Assembly: GCA_963822655.1 (NCBI GenBank)
Contig: CAWGIJ010000008.1
Location: 9,337-73,336, forward strand
Length of the DNA: 64,000 bases
Reading direction: 5' to 3'
Source: an uncultured Actinomycetota bacterium
Lineage (GTDB): Bacteria > Actinomycetota > Actinomycetes > Mycobacteriales > Mycobacteriaceae
Each line of letters begins with the position of its first letter. Within the stretch, counting starts at the first letter, position 1. The notes under the pieces were generated by a model that was given only the letters and a program-made list of their open reading frames with translations, had not been told where the DNA came from and made no database searches. Positions 9,569-19,999 of this stretch are shown piece by piece. A program made the position numbers and the translations under genes.

Positions 9569-10054
9569 TTATTCCCTGGCCGCTTCGATAGCGTCGACGA
9601 TCGTCGCGGCTGCACGACCTAGCTGCTCGAGTTGCGCCGCACTCAAGGGCCGCACGACCAGCTGTTGCACGAATTCGGCGTGTCCGGGGGCGGCCTGGTG
9701 GATCTTCTTCTTGCCCGCGGCAGTGAGGACGACAGTGCTTGCACGCCGGTCGTTCTCGCAGGGCCGCTTGACGACCCATCCCCGCTTCTCCAGCCGGGAG
9801 ATCACATGCGACAGTCGGGACAGAGTTGCGTTCGCGCGGTACGCTAGATCGCTCATCTGCAGCGCTCCGCCCTGGGCCTCGGACAGGCTCGCGAGAACCA
9901 GATATTCGAACAACGACATTCCGGCGTTGCGCTGCAGGTCGCTTTCGAGCGCGCTGGGCAGCGTCATGAACAGCCCGACGACATGCCGCCAGGCCTGCTG
10001 CTGGTCGTCGTCGAGCCAGGGCTTCGAGGTCACAAGTCCCAGCTTAAGCCGCAT
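9569..10054 (-). CDS. MarR family transcriptional regulator
   Basis: Winged-helix core LFEYLVLASLSEAQGGALQMSDLAYRANATLSRLSHVISRLEKRGWVVKRPCENDRRASTVVLTAAGKK. ATG at 10054 is preferred over the TTG at 10069. Confidence 0.85.
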   Translation of the reverse strand: MRLKLGLVTSKPWLDDDQQQAWRHVVGLFMTLPSALESDLQRNAGMSLFEYLVLASLSEAQGGALQMSDLAYRANATLSRLSHVISRLEKRGWVVKRPCENDRRASTVVLTAAGKKKIHQAAPGHAEFVQQLVVRPLSAAQLEQLGRAAATIVDAIEAARE

Positions 10055-10101
10055 TGGTTGACGCTTCAAGTATCGCCGTCTAGCGTTGGTTGAAGCATCA
10101 A
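10054..10101. promoter_or_regulatory. Two 16-bp direct repeats, each containing a TTGA-N4-TCAA dyad (candidate MarR operators)
   Basis: TTGGTTGACGCTTCAA (10054-10069) and TTGGTTGAAGCATCAA (10086-10101), 32 bp apart, in the divergent marR/oxidoreductase intergenic region. Confidence 0.4.
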
Positions 10102-10119
10102 CTATTGAAGGGAGTTGTC

Positions 10120-10947
10120 ATGAAGTTCGGAATGATCGGAGCGGGACGGTTGTCTCATGCGATCGCGGGCCACGCCGCCAACGCCGGCTACGAAGTCGTC
10201 TTCAGCAACAGCCGCGGGCCCGAGACGCTCACCGATGTCGTGGACGCCTTCGGCCCGCAGGCGTCGGCCGGGACCGTCGCCGAAGCAGCCGCCGCCGATT
10301 TCGTCGTCCTGGCTCTCTCGTGGAAAGGGGTCGAGCAGGCAGTCCGTAGCCTTCCCGCCCGCAAGGGACGAATACTCATCGACGCCACCAACCAATGGAA
10401 GGCGGTGCCGCCGGACTTCGTCGTCGACGAGCTCGAGGTCGGCGGCAGCGAATGGATCGCCTCACTGATCCCCGACGCACACGTCATCAAAGCGTTCGAC
10501 AACCTGTACTCACCCAAACTTGCCGAAGACCCCGTCACCGACAGCGGCCGCCGGATCCTGTTCTATGCCGGCGACGACCAAGACGCTAAAGACCGGTTTC
10601 GCTCTGTCGTTGACGACTTCGGTTTCGCCCCAGTCGATCTCGGGCCCCTGCGGATGGGCCGCTTGATGCAGGTCGACGGCCCGCTGACCGGACTGCACGC
10701 CATCCGGGAGCCTGTCCCCCACCCGGTGCCGAAAACGACGGACAGCACGGTCGTACCCACCGGATTAGCGGGCACGTGGACCATCGACCCTGCGCATTCG
10801 TCGATCAGCTTCTCGGTGCGCCATCTCATGGTCAGCAGAGTGCGCGGAAGTTTCGGCACTTTCAGCGGTGACATCACGGTCTCTGCTGACGACACTGCTT
10901 CGGTGACGGCCGAGATCGCGGTGGGCTCGGTGCAATACCGGCGATGA
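10120..10947 (+). CDS. NAD(P)-binding oxidoreductase (F420-dependent NADP reductase-like) ORF running in frame into a YceI-like domain
   Basis: GGGAG precedes ATG 10120. Rossmann motif MKFGMIGAGRLSHAIAGHAANAGYEVVFSNSRG is present. No stop separates this domain from TGLAGTWTIDPAHSSISFSVRHLMVSRVRGSFGTFSG. This may be a true fusion or the result of a lost stop. Confidence 0.6.
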   Translation: MKFGMIGAGRLSHAIAGHAANAGYEVVFSNSRGPETLTDVVDAFGPQASAGTVAEAAAADFVVLALSWKGVEQAVRSLPARKGRILIDATNQWKAVPPDFVVDELEVGGSEWIASLIPDAHVIKAFDNLYSPKLAEDPVTDSGRRILFYAGDDQDAKDRFRSVVDDFGFAPVDLGPLRMGRLMQVDGPLTGLHAIREPVPHPVPKTTDSTVVPTGLAGTWTIDPAHSSISFSVRHLMVSRVRGSFGTFSGDITVSADDTASVTAEIAVGSVQYRR

Positions 10948-11286
10948 CGAACGCGACGCGCACCTGAAGTCAGCGCTTTCTTCGACGTCGAGCAGTACCC
11001 GATTGCCTCCTTCACGTCCACCGGCGTCCGTGCTGGGCGCAACGGCTACGTCCTCGAAGGCGACTTTGCGCTCAAAGGCATCAGCAAGCCGGTCAGCCTC
11101 GGGCTGGAATTCACCGGGATCAATCCTGGTATGGGACGCGGCCAGGTCGCCGGCTTTCAGGCATCAGTCGTGTTGAGCCGCGGCGATTTCGGCATCGACA
11201 TGAATATGCCGCTCGAGACGGGCGGTGTCGTCCTGGGCGACAAGGTGACCATCACGTTGGAGATCGAGGCGTTGAAGAACGCTTAG
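10759..11286 (+). pseudogene. Second YceI-like domain, two frameshifts (near 10925 and 10972)
   Basis: TWTIDPAHSSISFSVRHL...AEIAVGSV / NTGDDERDAHLKSA / FFDVEQYPIASFTSTGVRAGRNGYVLEGDFALKGISKPVSLGLEFTGINPGMGRGQVAGFQASVVLSRGDFGIDMNMPLETGGVVLGDKVTITLEIEALKNA, stop 11284-11286. Paralog of 8955-9506. Confidence 0.65.
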
Positions 11287-12641
11287 GTGGGGTCGAGCCG
11301 CAAGGCCTGGGCTGCCGCGGTGGCCACGTCGCCGCGCAGAGCGGAGATGGGTGCGCTGCCACGCTGATGAATCGCGTTCGTGAGGAGAATGACGTAGGTA
11401 TCTGAGCCCGGGTCCAACCAGAGCGAGGTGCCGGTGAAGCCGGTGGCGCCAAAGCTGCCAACCGGGAAGATCAGGCCGCGCGGCTTGGAGAACGCCGTGT
11501 CGATATCCCAGCCGAAGCCGAACAGCTCTTGTCCCTCGATGGCCGGATAGTGCGGAGCCAGCAGCGGATCCGTGGCGTTGGGCGTCGTTGCGGCGGCTTT
11601 GCGGAGGGCATCGTCGGCTGCCTCGATCTGCCCTGGCTGGTGGCCGGGCTGCTGCGGAGTCGTCATCACCGCCAGAGTCGCTGGTCGCAGCGGAAAACTG
11701 CTGGGGCGGTTGGCAAGCCGATCAAGCAGGGCCTGCGCAAAGAGGCCGACGTCGTGCGCCGTCGAGAACACACCGGCGTGCCCGGCCACTCCGCCCATCC
11801 GCCGCGCCGTCGGGTCGTGCACGGCGCCCCGAAGCAGATGACCGAAGTCGGGATTCTTGCCCGGGTCCGCACTGCTCTGGTCGTCAACGGCCGTGGGTGC
11901 GATGCGCGGCAACAGATTGGCCGGCGGCAGGTAGCGGGTTTCGGTCATCCCCAGTGGCGCAAAGATGTTCTGCTGGGCGTAGTCGTCTTCTGGTTCGCCA
12001 GTGAGCTTTTCGATCAATGCGCCGAGCGTGATGTAGTTGATGTCGGAATAGCGGAAAACCTCGCCGGGGGCCGACTGCAGCGGTGTGGTGAGCGCACGGC
12101 GAATGCCTTCGGCTTTATCCGGTTGGCTCAAGCCCCACGGGTCTGCGAGGTCGACGTCGATCGGTTCGCCGGAGGTGTGCGTCAGCAACATCCGAATGGT
12201 GACCCGTTGCCGCTCTGCGTCGTTGGCCGCGTTGAAGTCGGGCAGGTAGCTTTGCACGGGCTCGTCGAGCGCGACCTTGCCTTGTTCGTAGAGCTGCATG
12301 ACGGCAGTCGCGGTGGCGAGCGGCTTCGTCAACGACGCGATGTCGAAGATCGTGTCTTCGGTCATCGGCTCGGCAGGGGCGGGCGATCCGTCCAACCCCT
12401 GTTCGCCGGCGAGTTTGCGGGAGCCGTAGGCCTGATGGAACACGGTTTTGCCGCCGTGTCCGATCTCCACCACACCGCCGGGAAGCTTCTCGGCTGCGAT
12501 CGCATCGTTCATCAGCGTGGAGATTGGTCCGAATTCGGTTGCGGCAGGATGCGTTCCCCTCTCGTGGGTCACGACATACCTGGCCGAGGACGCCGCCATG
12601 AGCATCAGTACGGCGATCCCGACAGCGATGGTTGTCCGCAC
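11283..12641 (-). CDS. Serine hydrolase, beta-lactamase class C/esterase family
   Basis: GTG at 12641 gives VRTTIAVGIAVLMLMAASSA (signal/TM). S-x-x-K nucleophile motif FDIASLTKPLATATAVMQL is present. Intact to the stop at 11283. Confidence 0.85.
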   Translation of the reverse strand: MRTTIAVGIAVLMLMAASSARYVVTHERGTHPAATEFGPISTLMNDAIAAEKLPGGVVEIGHGGKTVFHQAYGSRKLAGEQGLDGSPAPAEPMTEDTIFDIASLTKPLATATAVMQLYEQGKVALDEPVQSYLPDFNAANDAERQRVTIRMLLTHTSGEPIDVDLADPWGLSQPDKAEGIRRALTTPLQSAPGEVFRYSDINYITLGALIEKLTGEPEDDYAQQNIFAPLGMTETRYLPPANLLPRIAPTAVDDQSSADPGKNPDFGHLLRGAVHDPTARRMGGVAGHAGVFSTAHDVGLFAQALLDRLANRPSSFPLRPATLAVMTTPQQPGHQPGQIEAADDALRKAAATTPNATDPLLAPHYPAIEGQELFGFGWDIDTAFSKPRGLIFPVGSFGATGFTGTSLWLDPGSDTYVILLTNAIHQRGSAPISALRGDVATAAAQALRLDPT

Positions 12642-12651
12642 AATGCCGGCT

Positions 12652-13971
12652 TCAGATAGCAGAGCCGGGAGCGGGCGGAAACGGAATCGGCGTGAGTGGG
12701 TTGCCGTCACGGATCGACGTACAGTTCTGCGGGGCCGCCAGGCCGGCGAAGCACTGCTTGATCCACGTGGTCGCGCTGTGCAGCCAGATGGGGACGCTCC
12801 AGATGTGGCTGAGGGCGGCGTACTCCTCGTAGTAGACGGTGAGACCTCGCGCGCAGTAGTCGCGCGCGAGCGTGCGCACATCTCCGGCGATCATCACGCC
12901 GTCGCCGGCGCCGATGCCCGCCTTGTTCCCCGGGGTGCCCTCCAGTTCACCGTTGGCGCCCTGACCGATGAACAGCGGGATCGTCGGCGTGCCACCGGTA
13001 CCCATGATCAGCTTGTTGGCGGAGCGGACGAAGAGCGCCAAATGCTCCGGAGTCGGGTAATCGGGGCTTACCAGATCGCTCCACTTCAGACCGGGGTACT
13101 GACCGAGCACGTTGACGATCGACGCGGTCTGCATTTCGCGGAAAATTCTCGCGCCGTTGGGGCTCAGGTACTGCGCCAGTTCGGTCTCGATCTCGAATGC
13201 GCGCGCGATGCCGACCAGCGCCATCGCCAGGACGCCGGCCCAGAAGCCGGTGCCCTCCACGTAAAGCAGGTTGTGCGCCGGGTCGACCAGCACGCCACCC
13301 ATCGCGGCGCCGATCAGGTGCTTGTTGGCGTCGGGTGCGTAGGTGGGGGCCAGCTCGGCGGCCCACTCGGTGGCGATCGCACCGCCGGAATATCCGAGCA
13401 TCGCCACCTGCGCGTCGTTCGGGACGGTCGACGAATTGAACGCGGCGCGAATCGAATCGAGCGTGTTCATGCCGTACTCGGGGCCCGCGGCGAAGTCGGC
13501 CCGCTGGCCTTCGGTGTCGGGCACGATGACCGTGTACCCTCGGCGAGGAACGGGCCGAAGACCGCCGCTTCGACGCTGGGGATGACGCCGCCGAGCCTGA
13601 GTCCACCCTAAATCGCATAGGACGGCTCGTCGTTGCGGTTGAGCGAGTCGTAGGCGGACTGATACGAGATCACCCTCGTCGCGTCGAACTGGAACGGAGG
13701 CTTGATGATCGAGGTGACGTTGACGCGTCGGTTTGCCGGTCTGGCTGGTCGACCGGTAGAGCAGCTGGGTGGTCTCGAGCAACGTCGGGAAGCCAAACAG
13801 GTGGTAATGAAAGCGGCGGGTGTTCAACACCGTTCCCGGTGTGATGCTATCTAGCGGCGTGGAGCCGGTGTAGGAGTAGAACGGATCATCTTGCGGCTGC
13901 GGCGATCCCACGGCAATGCCGGGTACGCCACTGCGGCCCGGATACCACGCCGGTAGCGATGGTGTGGTCAT
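12652..13971 (-). pseudogene. Secretory lipase (LIP family), frameshifts plus an in-frame TAG
   Basis: The C-terminal two-thirds are legible: TVIVPDTEGQRADFAAGPEYGMNTLDSIRAAF...VAMLGYSGGAIATEWAAELAPTYAPD. Upstream, the sequence leaves frame near 13740. The correct peptide NVTSIIKPPFQFDATRVISYQSAYDSLNRNDEPSYAI ends at TAG 13608-13610 and continues GGLRLGGVIPSVEAAVFGPFLAEG, with another shift near 13545. Confidence 0.7.
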
Positions 13972-15688
13972 GTCGTCCCCCAAGCGGTCGGTACAACATT
14001 GCGGCGCCACCGCGCCAGGCGGCTCGTCGGCACCTGAATCGCGGCCATGACCGCGCTCATCGGCGACGCCACCGACTTCGGCAGTGTCTTCGGCTTGGCG
14101 GCCGGCGGGCTATCGCCTTCCCACCACGTCGGCTGCAGCAGCGCCGTCGTCACCGGGATCGCCCTGTCGACGCTGTTGTGCCCCCATCGGCTCGCCCGAT
14201 CGATGGACGCGGCCGAGGGTGCCAGATTCACCGGCGACAGCGTCGGCCCGAATCGGACGAGATGGTCGGCATAGGGCAGGTTGCGTACCATCTGCAGCTG
14301 GATCGCCTGGGTGATCGGCACCAACCAGAGGTTGCGCGGATCCCATTGCGGGTGAAAGCAATCGAACGCCAGATAGCAGGCGTTACGGGTGCCGAGCCGG
14401 CCGTCGCGGACCCGCTTCCACGCCAGTTCGATCGGGACGTTGCTGGCCGTACCGCCGTCGACGAGGGCCGCGATGTCTTCCTCTTCGAAGAGGTCGTCGA
14501 GGAGGGGAATCATCCGCGGGTCGGTCGTTTCGTGGTGCAGCACACCGGGAATGGCCGCCGAGAACGATGCGGCATCGACGACGTCGAAGTCGCGGGCCGG
14601 GACGTCGGCGCCGATGATGATGGGTTTGACGACCCGTAAGTCGATGAAGGCGGCCACTTGCCACATCCGGGTACCGACCACCGGGCCGATGCCGATCGGG
14701 CGAAACGGAACCGATCGCATCTGCAGTGCCGCTAATGCCGGACGGCGGAACCGCGACGGCAGCGCCGTGTACGGCTGCCTGCGCACGCCGGCGACCACGA
14801 CGTCGAACGGAATCGCCAAGTCCGACATGCGCATTCGCTGGCCGTCTTCGCGGCTGAGCATGGCGTGGGCGAACTGGTCGAAGCGCAACGCGAACATGCC
14901 GGCCAGGCCGTGGCGGCGGCGCAGCCGTTCGGGCCCCAGGATGGCGCGGTAGGACACCGTTTTCGCCCAGGCGACGTACTCCTCGATCGGCACCGGCAAC
15001 TCGCGGCTCACCAGGCTGCCCAGGATCGACCCGATCGACGCGCCCATCATGTAGTCGGGCACCTGGCCGGCCTCCAGCAGCCGCTGCATGCCGCCGATGT
15101 AGACGAAACCCGCACCACCGCCGCCGCCGAGGACCGTGACGAGCTTCTTGTACCCGACTTCGGCATCCAATTCGGCTGCGGAGAAGTCGTTTCCGTGCCG
15201 TTCGATGAGCACTTGCCGTTGATCGTCCTGGTCGGCGGCCAAACCCGCCAACGCGTCGCGTGCCGTTTGCAGCGCCGTGATCGGGATCCGGCTCCTCGCG
15301 CAGCGGCCCGTAGAGCGCGTCGGCGACCCGGGATCGCCACGGTGCGATTTCGGCGCCGACCGAGACGTCGCCGCGCCCGCGGCTGCCGCCCGGGCCCGCG
15401 GCACCCGGTTCGAAGTCGGCGAGCCTGGCGAAGTTGAGGATGTAGCGCAGCTTGCGCAGCTCCTCGGCGCTCAAGACATCGGGCTCGGCGAGGTGATGGC
15501 GGATCAGCCGGTTTTCCATCCGCTGCAATAGCAGGGCCGGGCTCGGCCGACGGCAGATCATCGGCGTCGACGGATTCGGCGGCCTCGTCTTCGATCTCCT
15601 CGAGACGTTCGAGCCCGGTCTCGCGGCGGCCCAGGCGGCTGAGCAGCGCGTCGGCGAACGGGATCTGCATGAGGATCAACCTACTCAT
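13968..15688 (-). pseudogene. Patatin-like phospholipase, two N-terminal frameshifts
   Basis: MSRLILMQIPFADALLSRLGRRETGLERLEEIEDEAAESVDADD / ...LLLQRMENRLIRHHLAEPDVLSAEELRKLRYILNFARLADFEPG... / ...KKLVTVLGGGGGAGFVYIGGMQRLLEAGQVPDYMMGASIGSILG. The oxyanion GGG and G-x-S-x-G motifs are present. The stop overlaps the lipase ATG (ATGA at 13968-13971). Confidence 0.75.
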
Positions 15689-15753
15689 GCCGCCGAGCCG
15701 GGAGGTGCCGCGTCCGTCGCTCTACCAGTACCTTTGAAGCATGCTCGTTCGGC

Positions 15754-16618
15754 TTGCCGCGCTCGCTGGGCGTGCTGCTGGTGCTGTCGGGATGTTCCGG
15801 TGGGCATCACGGTGAAACACCGGTCCCTGGCGGCACCAGCGTGCACACCATGGCGTTCGGCGGGCTGGACCGCACCTACCGGGTCCACAAGCCGGCGGGC
15901 CTGGCGGCGGCGGCACCGCTGGTGGTGATGCTGCACGGGGCGACCGGCACCGGCGAGCAAGCCGAAAACTCCTATGGCTGGGATCAATTGGCCGATTCGG
16001 CGAAGTTCGTCGTCGCCTATCCCGACGGTATCGGGCGGAGCTGGAACGGGCACGGCTGCTGCGGCAAGGCTATGCGGGAGAACATCGACGACGTCGGCTT
16101 CATCACCGCGATGGTCGGGCAGATCAGCGCCGACCTGCCGATCGACAAGTCGCGGGTCTATGCCGCCGGGATCAGCAACGGCGGCATCATGAGCTACACG
16201 CTGGCCTGCAACACCGGCATCTTCGCGGCCATCGGCCCGGACTCGGCGACCATGCTCGACGCCTGCACCGCGCCGCACCCGACGTCGGTGATCCACATCC
16301 ACGGCACCGCCGACAAGCTGGTCCCCTACAACGGCGGGCAGGGTTGGAGCGCCGTCAACGGGCCATCGGTCCCCGACGTCAACGCGTTCTGGCGCAAGGC
16401 CGACCAGTGCGGCCCAGCCCGATGTCACGACCAACGCCCCGCTCACCACATCGACCGCCGCGTGCGCCGACAAGCGCAGCGTCGAACTGATCACCATCGA
16501 CGGCGGCAAACACCAGTGGCCCGGCGGCGACACGTTTCTGGAGAAGCGCGACCCGACGTCGCACGCGCTGAACGCCACCCAGACCATCTGGCTGTTCTTC
16601 GCGGCCCATCCTGCGTGA
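15754..16618 (+). pseudogene. LpqC-like esterase/PHB-depolymerase family lipoprotein, frameshift near 16410
   Basis: Lipobox LGVLLVLSGCSG. Motifs LVVMLHGATGTGEQ, VVAYPDGIGRSWNGHGCCG and VYAAGISNGGIMSY are present. After FWRKADQCG the protein continues in another frame (PDVTTNAPLTTSTAACADKRSVELITIDGGKHQWPGG...IWLFFAAHPA, stop 16616-16618). Confidence 0.7.
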
Positions 16619-16634
16619 GGTCGGATACTCGGGA

Positions 16635-17534
16635 TCATGTCTCACCGAGCGCGTCGCGCACGCGGCCCCGCGCCCGGTCGAGCCGGACGGCGGCCTCGGC
16701 CGCGTCGACGCCCGCGAGCAGCGCGACGATCGCGGTCTTGGCGTGACCGCCCGCGGCGGTGAGCGCGGCGGCCGCGGCCACTCCTCGTCGACGCCGGCCG
16801 CGTCGCGGACGATGCGCACCGCGCGGCGGCGCACCTTCGCGTTGGTCAGGCGCACGTCGACCATCCGCGGTCCGTAGGCCTTGCCGAGCGCGATCATCAC
16901 GCTCGTCGAGAGCGCGTTGAGCACGACTTTCTGCGCCGTCCCCGCGGTCAGCCGGGTGGAACCGGCGAGAACCTCAGGGCCCGTGAGCAATTCGATCACC
17001 AGGTCGGCAGACGCCTCGCTGCCCGCGTTGTTGACGATCGCGACGGTCAGCGCGCCCGCCGCGCGCGCGTGCTCGAGCGCCCCGAGCACGTACGGCGTGC
17101 GGCCCGACGCGGTGATCCCGACGAGCGCGTCGGCGGCGGTCAGGTCGGCGAGATCGGCGGGGTCGAAGCGTCCTCCGCGCCCTCGATCGCCTCGGTCAAA
17201 GCCCTTGGCCCGCCGGCGATCACGCCGCGCACGAGGTCGGTTCCGAACGTGGGCCCGCACTCGGCCGCGTCGAGCACACCGAGCCGGCCGGGCGTTCCGG
17301 CACCGGCGTAAATCAGGCGGCCGCCGTGCTCGAGTCGCTCGACGATCGCCTCGGCCGCCGCGGCGATGCGCGGGACCGCCGCTGCCACCGCAGCCGTGCG
17401 CCTCGCCCTCGGCGGCGACGAGCAGCGCGACGACCTCACCGATCGGCCGCGCATCGAGGTCGTCCAGGTCTGGGCGCGCGCCCTCGGTGGCGAGCGCGTC
17501 GAGGCCTTGTGCGGCAACGGCTTTGGGCGTGCAC
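16635..17534 (-). pseudogene. murQ: N-acetylmuramic acid 6-phosphate etherase
   Basis: Fragments in three frames: [33 protein letters not shown] / [51 protein letters not shown] / LVGITASGRTPYVLGALEHARAAGALTVAIVNNAGS...LTGPEVLAGSTRLTAGTAQKVVLNALST...MVDVRLTNAKV / ...AIVALLAGVDAAEAAVRLDRARGRVRDALGET. The start coordinate is approximate. Confidence 0.7.
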
Positions 17535-17540
17535 GCGGAT

Positions 17541-18348
17541 CACGTGCGGCTGGTGGATCGCCCCCAGCCGCAGCGCGCCGTCGAGGGCGTCGCCGGCGGC
17601 CGGGACGAGGTCGAGCTGCTCGCGTAACGCCCGAAACCGCCAGGCCACCGACGATCGCCACCGGGCCATTCCCGACCGCGCGGGCGGTCGCGGCGAGCGC
17701 GTCGGCGGCGGCGTCGACGATCGCCAGCGCCACGGCGTCGTCCTGCGCGGCGAGCACGTCGGGCGCGAATGATGCGAGGGCGGCGGCATCGTTGAACTGC
17801 GCGGGCCACGTCAGCGGTGCGCCGAAGCGGGCGCGGGCGGTGTCGAACAGCGTGGTGGACGGGCCGCGGCCGTCGTGGGCGCGCAGTGCCGCGCGCAGCC
17901 CGGCGGCGCCGATCCACGCGCCGCCGCCCTCGTCGCCCAGCCACGGGCCCCATCCGTCGGCGGTCCGCAGTGCGCCGTCCGCGTCGATCGCTAGCGCCAC
18001 GACGCCGGTTCCCACGATCAGCACGATGCCCGGCTGCCCATTCAGCGCGCCCGCATGCGCGATCACGGCGTCGCTGGTCACCGTGACGCGCTCTGCGCGC
18101 AACGAGGCCAGTAGCGCGTGGCCCAACGCGCGGGCCGCGTCCGGCGCGGCGAATGCTCCTGCGGCGCCGACGATCACCTCATCGAACGGGCCGAGTTCCC
18201 GCGCGACAGCCACGATCGCCGCCTCCGCGGCCCGCACGCCGCCAGGGGTCGCGAGCCCGGGCGCGCCCACGCCTTCGGCCCTACGGCCGGCTGCTGCGGC
18301 CCGGCAGGACGTCTTGCCGAGGTCGACGGCGAGGATCATCGGAGTCAT
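17541..18348 (-). pseudogene. BadF/BadG/BcrA/BcrD-type ATPase (N-acetylglucosamine kinase-like)
   Basis: [18 protein letters not shown]...[16 protein letters not shown]...[25 protein letters not shown]..., then a frame change near 17640 into [31 protein letters not shown]. No stop precedes murQ, so the 3' boundary is uncertain. Confidence 0.6.
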
Positions 18349-18503
18349 CCTTCCACGAGGTCCCGCGGCTAAAGTCACATCTGCCACACGGACCTCTCGA
18401 AGAGGAGGCATTCCTTGTGCCCACCTCATAGCGACAACGTGCGGCGGTTGCGGCGGGGCCGATCAGTTGTCGCTACGAGGCGGGCATATCCGCGGCGGTT
18501 GAC

Positions 18504-19424
18504 CTACCGCCGCGGTTGGTCGAGGTAGCGGCGCGCGCCCCAGTAGTCGGCATCCAGTCGAACCGGGGTGATGCGCACGGGTTCCGACTTGTCGTATGCC
18601 TCGATCATGTCGCCGTTCCCGTAGTACATGGCCACGTGGTACATGTCGTCGGGATTGACCGGGTCGCTGCCGCCGTGCGAGTAGAAGAGCAGATCGCCGG
18701 GTTGCAACGCGGATTTGCCGACCGGGCGAGCCCGGCTATCTGCGGCTTGCGGACCGGCGTCGCGCGGCAGGGTGATGCCGTGCACCTGGTAGACGGTGGC
18801 GGTGAAGCCGGAGCAGTCGATGCCGAACCCGGCGTCGCCGCCCCACACGTAGGGGACGCCCACGAACGTGGCGGCGTAGCGGACCAGGTCGGCTCCGGTG
18901 GGATGCGGTATGTCCGTGAACTGTTCGTAGACCGACACCTTCCGGGCGTCGAGCCACCTCGAGCCGCGATCGGGGGCGAATACCTGGACGGCCTTGTCAT
19001 TGCGGTTCAGGACGGGAAGCCTGGTATTAGCGCTGATCTCGAGATCGCGATCGGAGAGCGCGGGTTCGCGGTACAGCCAAGTGGTGACGCCGCGATCGGC
19101 CAGCGCGAATGGAGCGTGCTCCTTCAGTGCGGTGTAACTCGGGTCAATGGTCAACTGCGCCTTGGGAATCCAGCCGGGATAGCCCTGAGAGTCCTTCGGT
19201 GTGGACTGGTCAGGAACCCGTACCTCGTCCCAGTCACCTTGCTCGCGGACCACGACAACGCGATCACCGTACAGGACCTGCGTCTGGTCGAGGCTGTCCC
19301 CGGTGAGCGCTTCCTGCTGGTCCTGCGTCATGTCGGACAGCCAGCCCCGTATGTCGACCGGATTGGTCAGGGCGCGACGGTCGACCGGGCGCGGGCTCTG
19401 CGGCGTGGTCCACACCGTGGCCAC
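18504..19424 (-). CDS. NlpC/P60 (C40) cell-wall endopeptidase with SH3-like N-domain
   Basis: FVGVPYVWGGDAGFGIDCSGFTATVYQVHGITLPRDAGPQ...GDLLFYSH...YHVAMYYGNGDMIEA contains the Cys-His catalytic core. A signal-like peptide MTGAATRTALAGVLSIGLIAAS (ATG 19546) lies upstream in a different frame. The export signal may therefore have been lost by a frameshift near 19440-19490. Confidence 0.75.
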   Translation of the reverse strand: MATVWTTPQSPRPVDRRALTNPVDIRGWLSDMTQDQQEALTGDSLDQTQVLYGDRVVVVREQGDWDEVRVPDQSTPKDSQGYPGWIPKAQLTIDPSYTALKEHAPFALADRGVTTWLYREPALSDRDLEISANTRLPVLNRNDKAVQVFAPDRGSRWLDARKVSVYEQFTDIPHPTGADLVRYAATFVGVPYVWGGDAGFGIDCSGFTATVYQVHGITLPRDAGPQAADSRARPVGKSALQPGDLLFYSHGGSDPVNPDDMYHVAMYYGNGDMIEAYDKSEPVRITPVRLDADYWGARRYLDQPRR

Positions 19425-19638
19425 CGAAACGGAGACATAAGCGCTGTGCGCCCCCGGCGACGCGGAGAGGTCGCAGGTTGGGACGCTGCAATCAGTCCGA
19501 TGGACAACACGCCGGCAAGCGCAGTTCGGGTCGCGGCGCCGGTCATGTCCGTCGACGTTATCGGAGTCGCACCGCGGTGCCTGGTTGGCGTCGCGCCGCC
19601 CACACTCCCACCCCGCACCATCATGCGAAGTGCCCGCC

Positions 19639-19963
19639 TCAGAGCGAATTGCGGTGACGGTGATCGCTGATCACGGGCGGATTCGCAGCAGAACGCGACT
19701 GGGCGCTACCGGTGTAGCTCGGCGTAGTCGATACCTGGTCGACTTCGTCGATCGCTAGTTGAACCATCTCGATCGCCTGTTCGCGGTGGCCACCCGAATC
19801 GCCGGGGTCGGCGTTCTGCAAGTCAGAGCAGGCTTTGGTTCAGGTGGTCTCTCGCGCTGACCATGTGTGGCTGGATGGCGTAGGCCGCCCCTGCACCGAG
19901 GATGCTGAAGCCGGCTGCCGTGATCACGCCGGCAACCGCCAGCCGGAATTTAGAGATCTGCAC
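19639..19963 (-). pseudogene. Small secreted protein, one frameshift
   Basis: AAGGGGA precedes GTG 19963: VQISKFRLAVAGVITAAGFSILGAGAAYAIQPHMVSARDHLNQ, then a stop. Sequence continues in another frame as ACSDLQNADPGDSGGHREQAIEMVQLAIDEVDQ... Family not recognised with certainty. Confidence 0.35.
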
Positions 19964-19999
19964 GATAGTCCCCTTCGTCGTGGATACGGACAGGCTCGA

